From assembly GCF_006345805.1 (NCBI RefSeq), contig NC_043009.1, positions 20,522,001 to 20,586,000 of the forward strand: DNA of 64,000 nt, given 5' to 3'. Below are positions 36,813 to 50,215 of the stretch, piece by piece (the first letter of the stretch is position 1; every line of letters begins with the position of its first letter). The translations under genes and the position numbers were made by a program. This DNA is from Octopus sinensis. Taxonomy: Eukaryota. The notes under the pieces are model-generated. The model saw nothing but the letters and a program-made list of their open reading frames with translations, searched no databases and had not been told where the DNA came from.

Positions 36813-38454
36813 TGTGAGTTAGTGAGGAGGCATCTAAAATGTTGCTCACCCTGTTCCTTCTAGCAGTTTCACCTCTCTTAAACATCTCCAAACTGGGGAT
36901 CACGTAAAAGATAATTTACCCACAACAGGATCCTATTTGATCAGGATCAAGTGGCCCTGATCACTGTAGCCGCTCTTCTGAGAACCACCACGTTTCAAAT
37001 GTGCCAACGTAAAGATACATATTAGTGTCTGTTTCAATCGACATAAGCCATATTAATCCTGTCTCAATCAACATAAACCATAATCTGCATTAACAATTGT
37101 TTCCTTAAATCAGGCTTTTTTAAAAAATGTGTCATAATGAGAGGAGGAGGGGTAACATCCATGACCTTTTAACAAAACCTCAATGAGAGGTTGAAGAGGA
37201 AGGAATGAAATTCTATCCTCAAACTAGAGATTTGGCCTCGATGTCAGTATAAAGTAGACTGTATTGAAGGTAGGCAAGGCTCAGGCGATGGTCTTAAACT
37301 GGGTGGCAACAGAATGGACACTACTAAAGGTACCCAGGAACAAGGTGATTGTAATAAAATGGGTGATAACAGGGTTGATTTCATAAAAGGTACCTCAGGA
37401 CAAGGTGATGGTGTTAAACCAGGTGACATACTGAGTCTACCATCTAAAATGGAATTGTTTTAGCCATCAGGGTTGACACAGTTTCTTTCTTCCATATGTG
37501 ACTATGTTTTGGTAAATGTGAGATGAGGATAGAAGACATATGCTCCAGGTATACCAGGATGGGATGGAACTTGAAACCATGTGGTATGAAGCAAACCTTT
37601 TTGGCCACTTGGCCACGGCCTTTTACTGTAGCATCTGTTTGATGAAGAAGAAATATATAAGGAAAGGCATGAAGACCTCTTTGTAGCAATAGTTGATTTT
37701 TTTTTTAATGTTAAGTCTTATAGCATGTTATTAGCATCAGTGTTTTAATTAAAGTTTCAAACATTGATCAAACATGAGTCATTAAACATTTCTTAAATCT
37801 GGAAGACTGGGATGGTAGGTGGATAGGTGTATGTGTGTATGTGTGGAGGGATGATTCAAAGTAGAACTTGTACAGAGAGTAGACAATATGAAGTCTGGTA
37901 AAATGAAAAAGTAAACCTGATGGCCTGGTTTTTGACTCTGTTTACTTTCAACATTCACATTGCCTTTGGTGGCAGTTCACAAAGTAGGGTTTGTTAATTT
38001 TTTCCTTAAAGGAAAAAATAAAGGTGAGGAACATCCTATCATAGATGGCCCGAAAACAAACTGAATTAGGTTTACTAAGATTACCACACTCATTAACTGT
38101 GTTCGAAAATCAGGAAACCTCTACATGGTCATTTGATCTGTTAGAAATAGTTGCTAAATCTCACTCAAATTGCAGGCTACTTCTTTAATAAAAAGGATAT
38201 GGGATTATGTGGTGTGTAATACTCTTTGATCTAAAAGCTAGGATTGTCATGATTGGAGTGTCTTCAATGCTTGATCTGCTGAGTCAACACTAACCAGGAC
38301 ATCTTAACAGCAACAACTTTAAAGTACTTAGTTACTTCTGTGGTATTCGTCAATTCTTTTTGAGAACAGACCAAGACTTTTTAAATTTCATTTTATTCCA
38401 GCCTTGAATTATAATTTCCAAAATATTTTTGTTTTCTTTTTATCTTATTAACAG

Positions 38455-38519
38455 CCAGAGATAATTGCATTGCACGCCTTGATATAATGACTGAAGAGTT
38501 TCGAGACCTCCAACAAAAG
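38455..38519 (+). CDS. HOOK3: HOOK exon (RDNCIARLDIMTEEFRDLQQK)
   Basis: 65 nt, phase 1/0; restores frame after the 18.3-kb intron. Confidence 0.88.
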
Positions 38520-38763
38520 GTTATTTTTCCATCTTTTATAGAATTTTTGGTGTAATTATCTACTTCTGGTTCCTATGATCTCTGTAAAATTACATGCCAA
38601 TGCTATTGACCACCATTCTTCAACTTCATTTAAAATATCAAAGTAATTGCTTAAATAAAATGAATTAAACAATGTAATATAATATTTCCTAATGACTATT
38701 TAATTCAAGATAATTTCATGGTTATAATTAAGTAATTACTGATTATTTGTTCTCGTTATCCAG

Positions 38764-38847
38764 AATATAGAACTCAATCAACAAGCAGAAGAAGCAAGAT
38801 CGTTAAAAGATGAAGTTGATGAACTTCGATACTTAGCTTCACAACAA
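38764..38847 (+). CDS. HOOK3: HOOK exon (NIELNQQAEEARSLKDEVDELRYLASQQ)
   Basis: 84 nt, phase 0/0; resembles ADEAQSLKDEIDVLR. Confidence 0.93.
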
Positions 38848-39094
38848 GTAAGAATTTGGTTTTCTTTCTAATCAATCGAATCATTCCATTATGGTTTTGT
38901 TTCTTTTATTGCTTTTCAATTAGTATTTTGTTTTACTCAGTAATTATATGCGTAATAAACAAATGTTTCAATTAACAAATATTGACATTTGATTATTTAT
39001 CAGAAACTTATTGCTTCAAGAAAATATGAATAAAAACCAAATCAAATTGGATATTTGTGTAGGATGAAGGGGCAAAGGGGTGTTGTTTATATAG

Positions 39095-39240
39095 TGACTG
39101 CTTGACTAAGAAGCTTGCTTCCTAATCACATGGTCTCAGGTTCAGTCCCACTACACAGCACTCTGGGCAAATGTCTTTTGCTATAGCCTCAAGCCAACCA
39201 AAGTCTTCTGAGTGGGTTTGGTAGGCAGGAGTTCCATCAG
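39095..39240 (+). mobile_element. tRNA-derived SINE
   Basis: agcttgcttcc...ggttcagtcccact (B-box-like)...gggcaaatgtctt...ccaaagtcttctgagtgg. Confidence 0.6.
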
Positions 39241-39789
39241 AGTGTGTGTGTGTTTGTGTGTGAAAGTGTTTGTGCCTCATTTGATAGATAGGAGAGAAAC
39301 TGATGTGATTTATGGAAAGCTTTTTGGTTTTTAGTCAATAAAACCTGAAATTGTACAGTTTGTTGAAGAACAAGGGAAGTATTGACGTGATACTCATCGT
39401 TTAGTGTAGATTTCATTAATTAAGAGAATCTTAAATTGAGAATAATTCTGAACTTTTTAATCTCAAGTTTTTTCTCTTTTAATCCTACTTTTTCTTCAAG
39501 GATTCTCACGTTCAAAGACCAAATTTCAATTGCTGTGTGTTTCGGTGCTGTTGTCTTCTCAGTGACTTGACCTGAGATTATATGTTAAAACTGAAGAAGC
39601 ACTTCCATCATGGAATAACCATTTTAATTACTTAAGACACAAAAACTGTTAAATTATTATTATTATTTTTCATTTAGTTTTCTTGTGTTAAACCTTTTCG
39701 TCACTGCACCATTGGGACATGGACACTGACACAGCTTTAAACGGTTCCACTTCTATTCTTACATCTCTTCTCCCTCTCTCTTCCCCTCC

Positions 39790-39807
39790 CCCTCTCTCTC
39801 TCCCTCC

Positions 39808-39849
<42 letters not shown>

Positions 39850-39880
39850 CTATCTCTATATCTATATATTACTATCTATA

Positions 39881-39923
<43 letters not shown>

Positions 39924-40327
39924 ATTTATATATATATGTTATATATATATATGTATATATATATATATGTATATATATGTATATATATATATGTATATAT
40001 ATATTATATGTATATATATATATGTATATATATGTATATGTATATATATGATATGTATATATATGTATATATATGTATATATATGTATATATATGTATAT
40101 ATATATATGTATATATATATATATGTATATATATGTATATGTATATATTGTATATATATGTATATGTATATATGTATATATATATATGTATATATAGTAT
40201 ATATATATATGATATATAGATGTATATCTATTGTCTAATAGGTATATATATATATATGTATACTATATATATATATATATATAATATATGTATATCTATA
40301 TATATATCTATGTTATATATATATATG

Positions 40328-40360
<33 letters not shown>

Positions 40361-40466
40361 GTATATATTATATATATGTATATATAATATGTATATATAT
40401 ATGTATATGTATATATATATATGTATATGTATATATATATGTTATGTATATATATATATGTATATG

Positions 40467-40507
<41 letters not shown>

Positions 40508-40530
40508 TATGTATATATATATATCTATAT
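39790..40530. repeat. (CT)n-(ATCT)n-(TA)n compound microsatellite
   Basis: Direct reading; ends about 40 nt before the 40570 exon. Confidence 0.95.
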
Positions 40531-40569
40531 CTAAATCTAATTAGATTTCTCTTTGAAATATTATTTCAG

Positions 40570-40612
40570 GCAAGAAATGAAACATTAATTCAGTCCTATA
40601 AAAGGAAATTTG
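40570..40612 (+). CDS. HOOK3: HOOK exon ([14 protein letters not shown])
   Basis: ttatttcAG/GTaagc, 43 nt, phase 0/1; resembles VESYKKKL. Confidence 0.88.
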
Positions 40613-41254
40613 GTAAGCTATATTTTTCCCTCCTGTTTATAAACTGTTTCTCCTCAACCAACCTTTCTTTCTAGTTTCCTTACAATCAATTGATCTAATG
40701 TTGTCATTGGTTCAAATTCAACTGTAGACACCATGTTTTACTGATTCCTCAATATATTTGTGAGGATTTATTAGTTCAGGAACTAGTTAGGAGTTCAAAC
40801 CACATTACATTTAGCGTGTGGATATATTATTTTGTCTTCTGTTTACATTGCACACCAGCAGTAAAAAGTACAGTGGAGCAGCAGATATCACACAAAGACC
40901 AAGTCTTCCTTACCCACCTCTACTGCAGATGTGCGAATACAGAGAGAGTGCAGCACATCTAGACTGTCATACTGCACTCCCTAATAATTCAGATCTGCAC
41001 GTCCCTCCTAGTTGTTGATCCAATTACTGCCAATAATTAATCAAAAAGTATCCTAGATTGAATGAATGTTAAAAATAAGGATTTCTTCCTTAAAAGCAAC
41101 ATATCAGGTTAAATGTTGAGGGCAAAATGGAATTGTTTTCCTGAATAGCTTCAAAAACAGAATTGTTAGAGATAAAGAAATTCTTTGATGACAATGCCTG
41201 TTCTAATGTTGGTTGTAGAACAGGGGTAGTTTTAATATTGTTGTTATCATCGTG

Positions 41255-41600
41255 ATTGATGCCAGTGTTGCCTGACTGGCTCCCGTGCTGATGGCATGTA
41301 AAAACCACCATTGAAGCGTGGTCGTTGCCAGTGCCACCTGACTGGCTCCTATGCCGGTGGCACGTAAAAAGCGCCATTCGATTGTGGTCGATGCCAGTAC
41401 TGCCTGACTGGCCCCTGTGCCAGTGGTACGTAAAAAGCACCCACTACATTAGGTTGGCATTAAGAAGGGCATCCAGCTGTAGAAACCTTGCAAGAGCAGA
41501 TTGGGGCCTGGTGCAGCCTCCTGGCTTGCCAGTCCTCAGTCAAACCGTCCAACCCATGCCAGCATGGAAAGCAGATGTTAAACAATGATGATGGTGGTGG
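41255..41600 (+). mobile_element. Solo RTE 3'-tail element
   Basis: Three ggtggcacgtaaaaagc-type units, aagggcatccagctgtagaaac, aacccatgccagcatgg, (GAT)n. Confidence 0.8.
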
Positions 41601-41639
41601 TGGTGTGCACAGCTGTTTTACATTCAGAAGCAATGTCAT

Positions 41640-41985
41640 AAACAATTCCCTTCGATATCAAAGACCTTTCCTTCAATCCTTGTTGCTCCCAACAGAGCAG
41701 ATTTCTGAATCAATGTAACTGTTGTAGTTACACCAATCTCAATAAGTGAGCTGCTGAGTCCCTTGATGACAATGCCTAGGACACTCATAACTGGGATTAC
41801 TTTCGTAGAATTCCTCCATGGTCACCATATTTCCCCAGCCAAATCCTACTACTTTCCTATTTTCTCCTGTTCTTTGACCTCTATTTCCATGTCCACAGAT
41901 ATGGCCATATCTATGATGGTGCACTCTTTTTCCCTTTGTCAAGAACTATATCTGGTCGCCTGACATGAATTTCATTAAAATCTCA
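41640..41985 (-). mobile_element. 3' fragment of an R4/Dong-like RLE retrotransposon
   Basis: Minus strand reads RRPDIV...IIDMA...EQEKI...VIPV...LG...LIQKSALLGATRI across frameshifts and stops. Confidence 0.7.
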
Positions 41986-42048
41986 TATTTTGTATTGAGC
42001 ATTCTCTATTGCACTTTCTGGTTGATGTTCATACCATTTTCTTTCTAC

Positions 42049-42089
<41 letters not shown>

Positions 42090-42135
42090 ATCATCATCAT
42101 CATTATTATTCTTATTATTCTTATTATTATTACAG

Positions 42136-42221
42136 AGGAAATGGGTGAACTAAGAAATAAAGTGAATGAACTGCATGAAAGTAATAACAAACATATTGAA
42201 GAAAAAATTGCTATGGAAACG
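42136..42221 (+). CDS. HOOK3: HOOK exon (EMGELRNKVNELHESNNKHIEEKIAMET)
   Basis: 86 nt, phase 1/0; resembles DLGDLRRQVKLLEEKN. Confidence 0.88.
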
Positions 42222-42452
42222 GTTGGTATATTGTAAAAATAATTATTAATTAATTGTTAATAAAGGTTTAAATAGATTAACTCTCAGCAAGACTGAAATA
42301 TTGAAGAGTGGAAAATATTGTGTGTGTCTTACTTGAAAGTGTAGCTCTTTCTTTATATTGTCAGATAGAGAGGTCATGGCATAAAACTTGTGGATTGTTT
42401 CTTAAAGAAAATGAATAAAAATGGCAGATTTGATATGGAAAATATAGAGTCA

Positions 42453-42524
42453 GCGTCGGTGGTGTAATGGTTAGCATGGTTGCCTACCAAGCAGTCGATC
42501 CGGGTTCGACTCCCGGCTGACGCA
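42453..42524 (+). tRNA. tRNA-Gly, Gly(TCC)-type body with anticodon ACC
   Basis: 72-nt cloverleaf: acceptor GCGTCGG/CTGACGC, anticodon stem GTTGC/GCAGT with loop CTACCAA, T arm CCGGG-TTCGACT-CCCGG, discriminator A; TTTTT at 42534-42538. Confidence 0.85.
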
Positions 42525-42539
42525 GGCAATAGCTTTTTA

Positions 42540-42905
42540 TAGGCGCAGGAGTAGCTTGCTAACCAACCACATGGTTCCGAGTTCAGTCCCACTGCATGGC
42601 ATCTTGGGCAAGTGTCTTCTGCTATAGCCCCGGGCCAACCAATGCCTTGTGAGTGGATTTGGTAGACGGAAACTGAAAGAAGCCTGTCGTATATATGTAT
42701 ATATATATATGTGTGTGTTTGTGTGTCTGTGTTTGTCCCACAGCCGATACTGGTGTGTTTACGTCCCCGTCACTTAGCGGTTCGGCAAAAGAGACCGATA
42801 GAATAAGTACTGGGCTTACAAAGAATAAGTCTCGGGGTCGATTTGCTCGACTAAAGGCGGTGCTCCAGCATGGCCGCAGTCACATGACTGAAACAAGTAA
42901 AAGAG
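42540..42905 (+). mobile_element. Composite tRNA-derived SINE with A-box region deleted
   Basis: ggcgcaggagtagcttgct...gttcagtcccact...gaaactgaaagaagcc, a (TA)/(TG) tract, then cttagcggttcggcaaaagagaccgatagaataagtac...catggccgcagt. Confidence 0.75.
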
Positions 42906-43923
42906 AGAAAAGAGAAAGAGAGTCGAAGTTTAGTAAATTAAAGAGAGTTCTAGGAACCAACATTTGTAAAGATTTCATGTGACATTTGGTGTGGTTCTTC
43001 AGTAAAGAACTACAATGTAATTGATGTGGAATTATTGGTGTGATATGGTGGCAAAATTCCAAAAGTTTCATTCTTTAGAACCAAACTATTTTAATACTGA
43101 AAAACCTTAGCATATCTCCATTGATGCCAAGCCTTAGCATATCTCCAGCGAAGAATTTAATAATTATTTTTAGGGTTGTTGTTTAGCAACCATAGTCGGC
43201 ACCGCTCTGATACACAGACTTAATTTTCTTGCACACCAAACAGGCTACACTTTAGTGTGGAACCATGCTGTTGTGACATGTTACCCTTGGTCTCTTGTAC
43301 AGCTTATGTGGACGTGTCACAGAGGTTTAGCTGCAAATCCCAAATAGTCTTACACTTGTAACTGGGTTGTGTTTTGTTTACATCAGTAAAACATGACAAT
43401 TGTCTGAGCAGTTTTCTGATTGGATGACAGTGGCAGTTCTATGATGACCTGTGACCTCTCTGATTAACATTTTGTTTGTCCTCTTTTCTGATTGGCTGAC
43501 ATTGATGTCGAGGTTATGGCTAAAGTTACTATGGAATGTTGATTTTTTTACATATTTTGGAATTTATATTGTTTTATATGTAATATGAAACATATAACAA
43601 ATCCATTGGGGGCAGACACACACACATATGTACACACATACTTCTTGGTGGGACAGAAATACTAATTGGGGACACATTCAGAGGTAAAGGTGTTAATCTG
43701 GTCAGCAGGAAGACCTTTACAAGAACAGGATTATCTCTGAGACAAAAGAAAGACATTGTTTAGATACTTGGAATGGTAAATGGAATAACAAGCAGAAATG
43801 GTTGATCAGAGATTGGCACTGATATGAATATTTTGTATGAAATTGTTGGGTTTTTAAAACCTGAATTTCATGATTTTAGCTTTTAAATTTTCAACTTTTA
43901 CAAAATGTTTCTTCAAGAAAATA

Positions 43924-43929
<6 letters not shown>

Positions 43930-43964
<35 letters not shown>

Positions 43965-43976
43965 CCCCCTCTCTCT

Positions 43977-44040
<64 letters not shown>
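43930..44040. repeat. (CT)n microsatellite
   Basis: Direct reading; similar tracts at 44825-44955 and 51065-51215. Confidence 0.95.
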
Positions 44041-44110
44041 ACCCCTTCTTTCTACCACCTCTCTGTGGTTTCATTAAAATAATTCTTTCATTCTGCTTTG
44101 TTAAATGCAG

Positions 44111-44275
44111 GAATTGCGCAAGTTTACCCAGCAGAAGTCTCAACTGGATCTGATGGTGAGCCAGATAACCAAACTTGAGAATGACCTTGCATACCAAACC
44201 CAGAGAGCTGATAAAAATGAAGTGGATTACAGAATGGCTAAAAATAAATTAACTAATCTCCAAAAAGAAAAAGAG
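44111..44275 (+). CDS. HOOK3: HOOK exon (ELRKFTQQKSQLD...RADKNEVDYR...LQKEKE)
   Basis: 165 nt, phase 0/0; resembles ELRKANAARSQLE...KADKLDFEY...LQKEKD. Confidence 0.93.
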
Positions 44276-44823
44276 GTATTTATATGTTTCTTATTATTTC
44301 TCAATTCTAATGAGTGGATAACTCATTTAAAAATTGTTGTTGTATGTCATCTGTGAGAGAGCAGTGGTCTTTGGCTCGCATTACATGTGTATGCAATACA
44401 ACCAAATATGACCCCCGTGGGTCTGTTGGTCCAGATATGTATTTATTTACCAGAGGATCATATTCAATACTCCACATGTAGTAGTCTATCATATGGGATA
44501 TAATGTGACTGTCTGGACATGTTTTCATTGTCCAGTCTGTTTCTGTGTGATCAATATTGACTTTCCAGCCTTGGCTATCTTGTCTTTGTAAGGGTATGTA
44601 GGAATATATTATCCAATGTGTGGGATGTGATTTGAGGGAGAGGACTTGACTGGTACTTTTAGCAAATTGATCAAACACTTAGAGCTGCCAGACAAACTAC
44701 ATCGTGTGGGATTTTCTGAATGGTCAAACCCAAAATTACTTTGATCAGTGTGCAGGCCACTTGACGATGACTTGTTTCTCATGTGGCCCTCTTCTTGAAA
44801 CAGATTGCCCATATCTGACTCAG

Positions 44824-44940
<117 letters not shown>

Positions 44941-45320
44941 CTCTCTCTCTCCCTCTCTGGATCATTTACCTGTAGATTCTGGTAGTGGCCATAGCAAAGG
45001 TCAGTAAGGTGGACTTAGTTTAGGACAGTTGTTGTTTCTCTGTTCATATCTTTGGAATCACTTAAATTCATTTGTTGAGATGTGAATGGATAAAAACAGC
45101 TGAAGATGTTATTGAAACATGGGAAGAGCTAGGTGAATGGAACAATGTTCTGGTATATATATACATTGGAAATGTCCTCCTTGACAAAAATAACTGACAA
45201 TAATACAAATGACAGCCATAACCCACCTCTCTGTCCCAACAAAACAATGTCTGAGGCTTATTTAATCTGCCACAAAAAAAAAGGATGAAATTTTGTTGTT
45301 GAAAATGTTTTATTTTTCAG

Positions 45321-45478
45321 AAATTGGAGAATGAACGGGATGCTATGAAGGAAGTCATTGAAGAAGATCAAGAGAGAAGCTGTACTTTACAGACACTGAC
45401 CAGCTTGGAACATCAAGAAAAATTTGTGGGTTCTCTCTTTACAGAGACTGAAATGCTCTCTATTCCTCTAAATATTAA
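45321..45478 (+). CDS. HOOK3: HOOK exon (KLENERDAMKEVIEE...EMLSIPLNI)
   Basis: 158 nt, phase 0/2; resembles RLRTERDSLKETIEEL. Confidence 0.9.
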
Positions 45479-48029
45479 GTACGTCTCATTTCATAAAATT
45501 TCATCAATTCATTTATCTTTCTTATTTACATTTATTTCTGTTTAAGCAGTTATTTTTCTGGATAAATTTCAGTTTCTGCCATAACTAAAATTCATGTCTA
45601 GATTTTTTTTTTTCTTTTTATTAATTCCACAACTTTCTGTTGCTGCTCAGGACTTATATTAGGCAAGTTTTATTCCACTATTTCCAACTGATCCCCCAAT
45701 TTAGATCCCACAGAATACCCCTCTCTTAGAGATTTCTACAGCACAAACTGAACAATAGAAAGTACCACAGACAGAGCTACACAATAACAATTGAAACAAA
45801 GATGAAACATAAAAATAAGAGATTTTCATGAAACTGGTTTGTCTTTGTGAAATCAGGGACAAGATGTAAGATCCCAATTCCATGAAAAGTTCTTTGATTG
45901 ATCTGCAAAATAATACATTGAAATCAAATAAGATGCCATTGAGCACTACTTTGTTGCATTTATTGCATGTTTCCATACAAAAAACAGCAAAGTGAGACAA
46001 CAGACAGAAGATAGACGTTTTGTTTGTCAGTTGACAAACTGTTGTATAATATAGATGGTTACACAAACATCATCATCAAACATTTGTTTTTCCATGCCGG
46101 CATGGATTGGACAGATCATCACAGTCTCAATTGGTTTGTTATTAGCAGTTACTGGCCTTTTAAACTGCTCAGAGCTCTCTCTCTCTCTCTCCCTCTCCCT
46201 CTTCCCATGGATGTCCTTCCTATAATCAACCATCTTAGAGAGTACCGCTTGCTTTTTTATCATAGCACCAGCACCCAAGAAGTTGTTATGCCTACATCAA
46301 GGCCAAAGGACGCCCCTTATTACAAATGGCTTTTGATGGGTGAAAGAAGTAGAATGATGAGGGTGAGAGGACAGAAGAGGTCCAGTGACATCCTGTCATT
46401 GAGTATGGGGAATAGGAGAGAGATTCAGTGTCATCTTTAATTACACCAGCAGCAGCAAAAGTAGATGGAAAATGAGAAGAAAAGGGGAGGAGTGATAGAG
46501 AGATGAGAGAGTTTAAGGCCAATGCAGAAGATAGAGCCTTGGCAATGTGTGTGTGTATATATATATATAATATAAAGTGCCTCCCAGCCTTTATCTCTAC
46601 CATTTGGGATATTTCTTTTTTTTGCCCTGTCTGCACAAATGGTGGACAACTCTTCTCTACTCAATTGATTCCATCTTTTTAGTGAAACCCACTTCACATC
46701 AGTTTCCACAACTTCATCCCAGTTTTTCCTCTTCTGCAACTTCCATTCACACCAAATATGCAGCACTTATTTACAGTTTTCCACCTCCACACACAGATCC
46801 TGTTCACATTCTAATCTAGTCATTTTTTCTTGCTCACAACATCTTCATTCTGTTTTTCCTCTCTGATCATTTCTACCCGAACCGTTCCATCTCCAAGTAG
46901 AGCATACTCACTTTATTTCTTGTTAGTCTTTTGCAAACCCTCTACATTTAAGGCCTAGCTCTCTCACAACCATACTGCATCATACTTCTTAGAGTCTGTC
47001 TATGTATAATTAACTCATACTGATTAACAGGGAATAATGAAAAAAAGACGTGATAAACGAATTCTCTTGCTCACAAACTTGTAAAATAATCCTGTTTATA
47101 CAAAAGAAAAACAAGCAAAAGCAATTAAAAATTCCATTGAACATTCTAGAATGAAATTGTCATTAGGACAGATTTCTTAAAATTTAAAAATAAAAAGAAT
47201 TTGAAAAATAAATAAGAGAAAAATTATGCTTCTGTTTGTATGTAAAATATAAATTGGAACAAAGGAATTTGATTTTTTTTTTTTTACCTAAGTATATTTA
47301 ATACTTCACATCCAATTGCTCCTACTTGTTCTTCTGCCGACACTTCAGATCCTTTGTATTTTTTATTTACCCAGGATTCACTGCCAAAACTCTAAATGAA
47401 AATCAGGGTGGTGGGTTATATGTAAATTATTTAAAATTTTGTAGAAAATAAAGAAGATAAGTAAATTGAATATAAAGGTATGTGGAATATTAAATATTAA
47501 TGTTTGATATCTTTGAATTTCATTTGTGTGAATGGAACTCAGCAATGAGCTATAGTTACATACAGACACAATTACCATTTGCCTGTATCATTATAATAAG
47601 GTTTAGAGTTCATGATAATGATTTCATAGGTTTCAGCTTGACTTTTCTTCTAGAAAACTAAACAAACCTGTATATTTGATAATATGAATGCTTATCTTGC
47701 CGTTAGTAACTTTCCATTCGTTCTAACCTAATTTTAAATTCTCTCTGTCTTCACCTTTAATTTGTGATGAAGGGCAACAGCCATAACACAGGTGGCTGTA
47801 AGTAGAGAGCTCTAGCTGTGTGCTCAAGAATTTCGCTTTGCTTTGCAACAGTGTGTTTTGGGGTTCAATCCCACTGTACATTAAGTGTCTCCTACCATAG
47901 TCTTGGATAAACCAAAACCTTTTGAGTGGAATTTGGTTAATAAAGTTTTTGAGAGAGAGAATTCTTTGCAAAGTTTAACACCACTACCACCATGTCCTTG
48001 GCTACCTTTAATAAATTCCACTATGTTGT

Positions 48030-48322
48030 CACTCAGTTTAACACCCTCACATCACCTTACTGGCACCTGTGCTGGTGGCATTTGTAAAAAGATTTGAGTG
48101 AGGTCATTGCCAGTACCGCCTGACTGGCCCCCATGCCGATGGTACGTAAAAAGTACCCACTACACTCTTGGAGTGGTTGGCATTAGGAAGGGCATCCAGC
48201 TGTAGAAACTCTGCCAGATCAAGATTGGAGCCTGGTGCAGCCATCTGGTTTGCCACCCCTCAGTCAAAATCGTCCAACCCATGCTAGCATGGAAAGCGGA
48301 CGTTAAACGATGATGATGATGA
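48030..48322 (+). mobile_element. Solo RTE 3'-tail element
   Basis: Same tail motifs as 41255-41600. Confidence 0.8.
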
Positions 48323-48632
48323 CATGATCCTTAGATATTCTTAGCAAAGCCCACTTTGTGGCAAGAAATCAAAGCAAGTTTCCCTTCTCCCAGAATAATA
48401 TCCTCTTTTGTTCCCAACAATGTGAAAGTCTTTTAAAATAGGCCATTAGTACTATCCTTTCTCTTCTGATTATGCCATGAAAAATTCACACTGGTATCAG
48501 GTGAATTATTATCCTTTTCTGTGGACAACCGACAGTGAGGTCCATAAAGATTTCAATTCAATCTATAAAATGTTGCTCTCTTTTGTTGCTTTTGACATTT
48601 TGAATTGAATCTGTGATGTTGTTTCCTTCCAG

Positions 48633-48770
48633 GGAGAAGTTGATGAGGCTTGCCATTGAGAATCGAGATTTGAAATCTTCTCAGTCAGGTGATGATGAGC
48701 AGTCAGAAATGCTTCGCAAGATGTTAGACGAGAGCAACACTAAACGAAATGAACTGGAAGCTGACTTACG
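48633..48770 (+). CDS. HOOK3: HOOK exon (EKLMRLAIENRDLK...MLDESNTKRNELEADL)
   Basis: 138 nt, phase 2/2; resembles EKLIRLQHENKMLK...LLDDANLRKNELE. Confidence 0.93.
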
Positions 48771-49369
48771 GTAACCGCAACTTAAATTAATTACATCACA
48801 TTTCATTGCAGCAAATTTAAAAAATTTTATTTTATTGGAAAATGAGAGCAAAATGAAGCTACAAGCACTGTCAGTTGAAGGAATCCAAGAAAATGGCTTG
48901 AAGCAAACCTATTGAGTTTTATAGAAAAGAATAACAAGACAGAGTATGAGCAGAGGAGTAACAATTGCATGGCTATGGACATGTTACTGTTTGGCTCAGA
49001 TTAAAGAAGCCTACTTTCAGAGGCTTTCTAGCCTTTCCAGATTGTGTATTTAGGACTACATTATTGTATTCGCCTTTCATTTGTTCAGGCTCATGCATAT
49101 GATTTGAGGGAGATTTAACATCTGTTTCCAGTGAATCAAGCAATCAGGTGGCTGGTTACGAATGACTGTTGGCTGATGGTTTAAACTAGACATGAAAATG
49201 ATTAAATATGAGGAAAGGGTTGTAACCCAATTAATCAGGAAGAAAGTTAGCCTACGTGAGCTGCATTTTGGTTTTGTGTCAGGAAACTTCCTGGTGAGGC
49301 AGGAGAAGTATTTGGCCAGAAATAACTTCTGAATTTGGCTTTTGTTGACATGGAGAAAGCCTTTGACAA

Positions 49370-49775
49370 GGGTCTCCTATGCCTTCCAACCCATGTCAGC
49401 ATGGAAAGTAGATGTGAAACAACAACGATGATGATATATATATATATATGTGATACTCGTGCTGGTGGCACGTAAAAAGCACCATCCGAACGTGGTTGAT
49501 GCCAGCGCCGCCTGACTGGCGTCCGTGTTGGTGACACGTAAAAAGTACCAACTGATCGTGGCCGTTTGCCAGCCTCCTCTGGCTCCTGTGTTGGTGGCAC
49601 ATAAAAAGTACTCACTACACTCACGGAGTGATTGGCATTAGGAAGGGCATCCAGCTGTAGAAACCCTGCCAGATCAGACTGGAGCCTGGTGCAGCCTCCT
49701 GGCTTCCCAGACGCCATCGAACTGTCCAACCCATGCTAGTATGGAAAGCGGACGTTAAACGATGATGATGATGAT
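49370..49775 (+). mobile_element. Solo RTE 3'-tail element with three pseudoknot-type units
   Basis: Units at 49458, 49524 and 49587, then ggcatccagctgtagaaac...(GAT)n. Confidence 0.82.
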
Positions 49776-49908
49776 ATACACACATACACCACATGCACTC
49801 AATCTGAAAATCTATTTATAGAGTAATTATCTCTGTTTGATTACTTGAAGATAATATTTCTAGAACATCATTTTAAGACATTTCTACATTTTTGTTTGGT
49901 TTCTGTAG

Positions 49909-50215
49909 TTTGTCAAGACAGAAGAATCTAGAACAACAAGCGCTTCTAGAAGAACTTCAAGTCAGTCAAACCACTGCAGATGTTACATCGACAGAGCTGA
50001 CAGAATTGAAAAAGGTCATATCAGAACAGAAACGCCACATACAAAGTGTAGAGGCAGAAGTATCGGAGAAGAAACATCAGATCGAGGAATTGGATCGACA
50101 GCGTTCTCTTGATGCTGAACAAATCCATCGGCTTCAAGAACAACTGAATAAGAAAGATGATGAACTGAAGAAGATGGAGGAGATGTACAGACGTTACTTA
50201 CAAAAGGCTAAAGCT
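49909..50215 (+). CDS. HOOK3: HOOK exon (LSRQKNLEQQ...KKDDELKKMEEMYRRYLQKAKA)
   Basis: 307 nt, phase 2/0, within ORF 49892..50230; resembles KKEEEMKQMEERYKKYLEKAKS. Confidence 0.95.

Noticed and set aside
42009-42236. Poly-His ORF
   Set aside because: (CAT)n repeat read through into the true 42136 exon
44350-44820. Possible Gypsy gag/protease relic on the minus strand
   Set aside because: Too degenerate to support from the sequence alone
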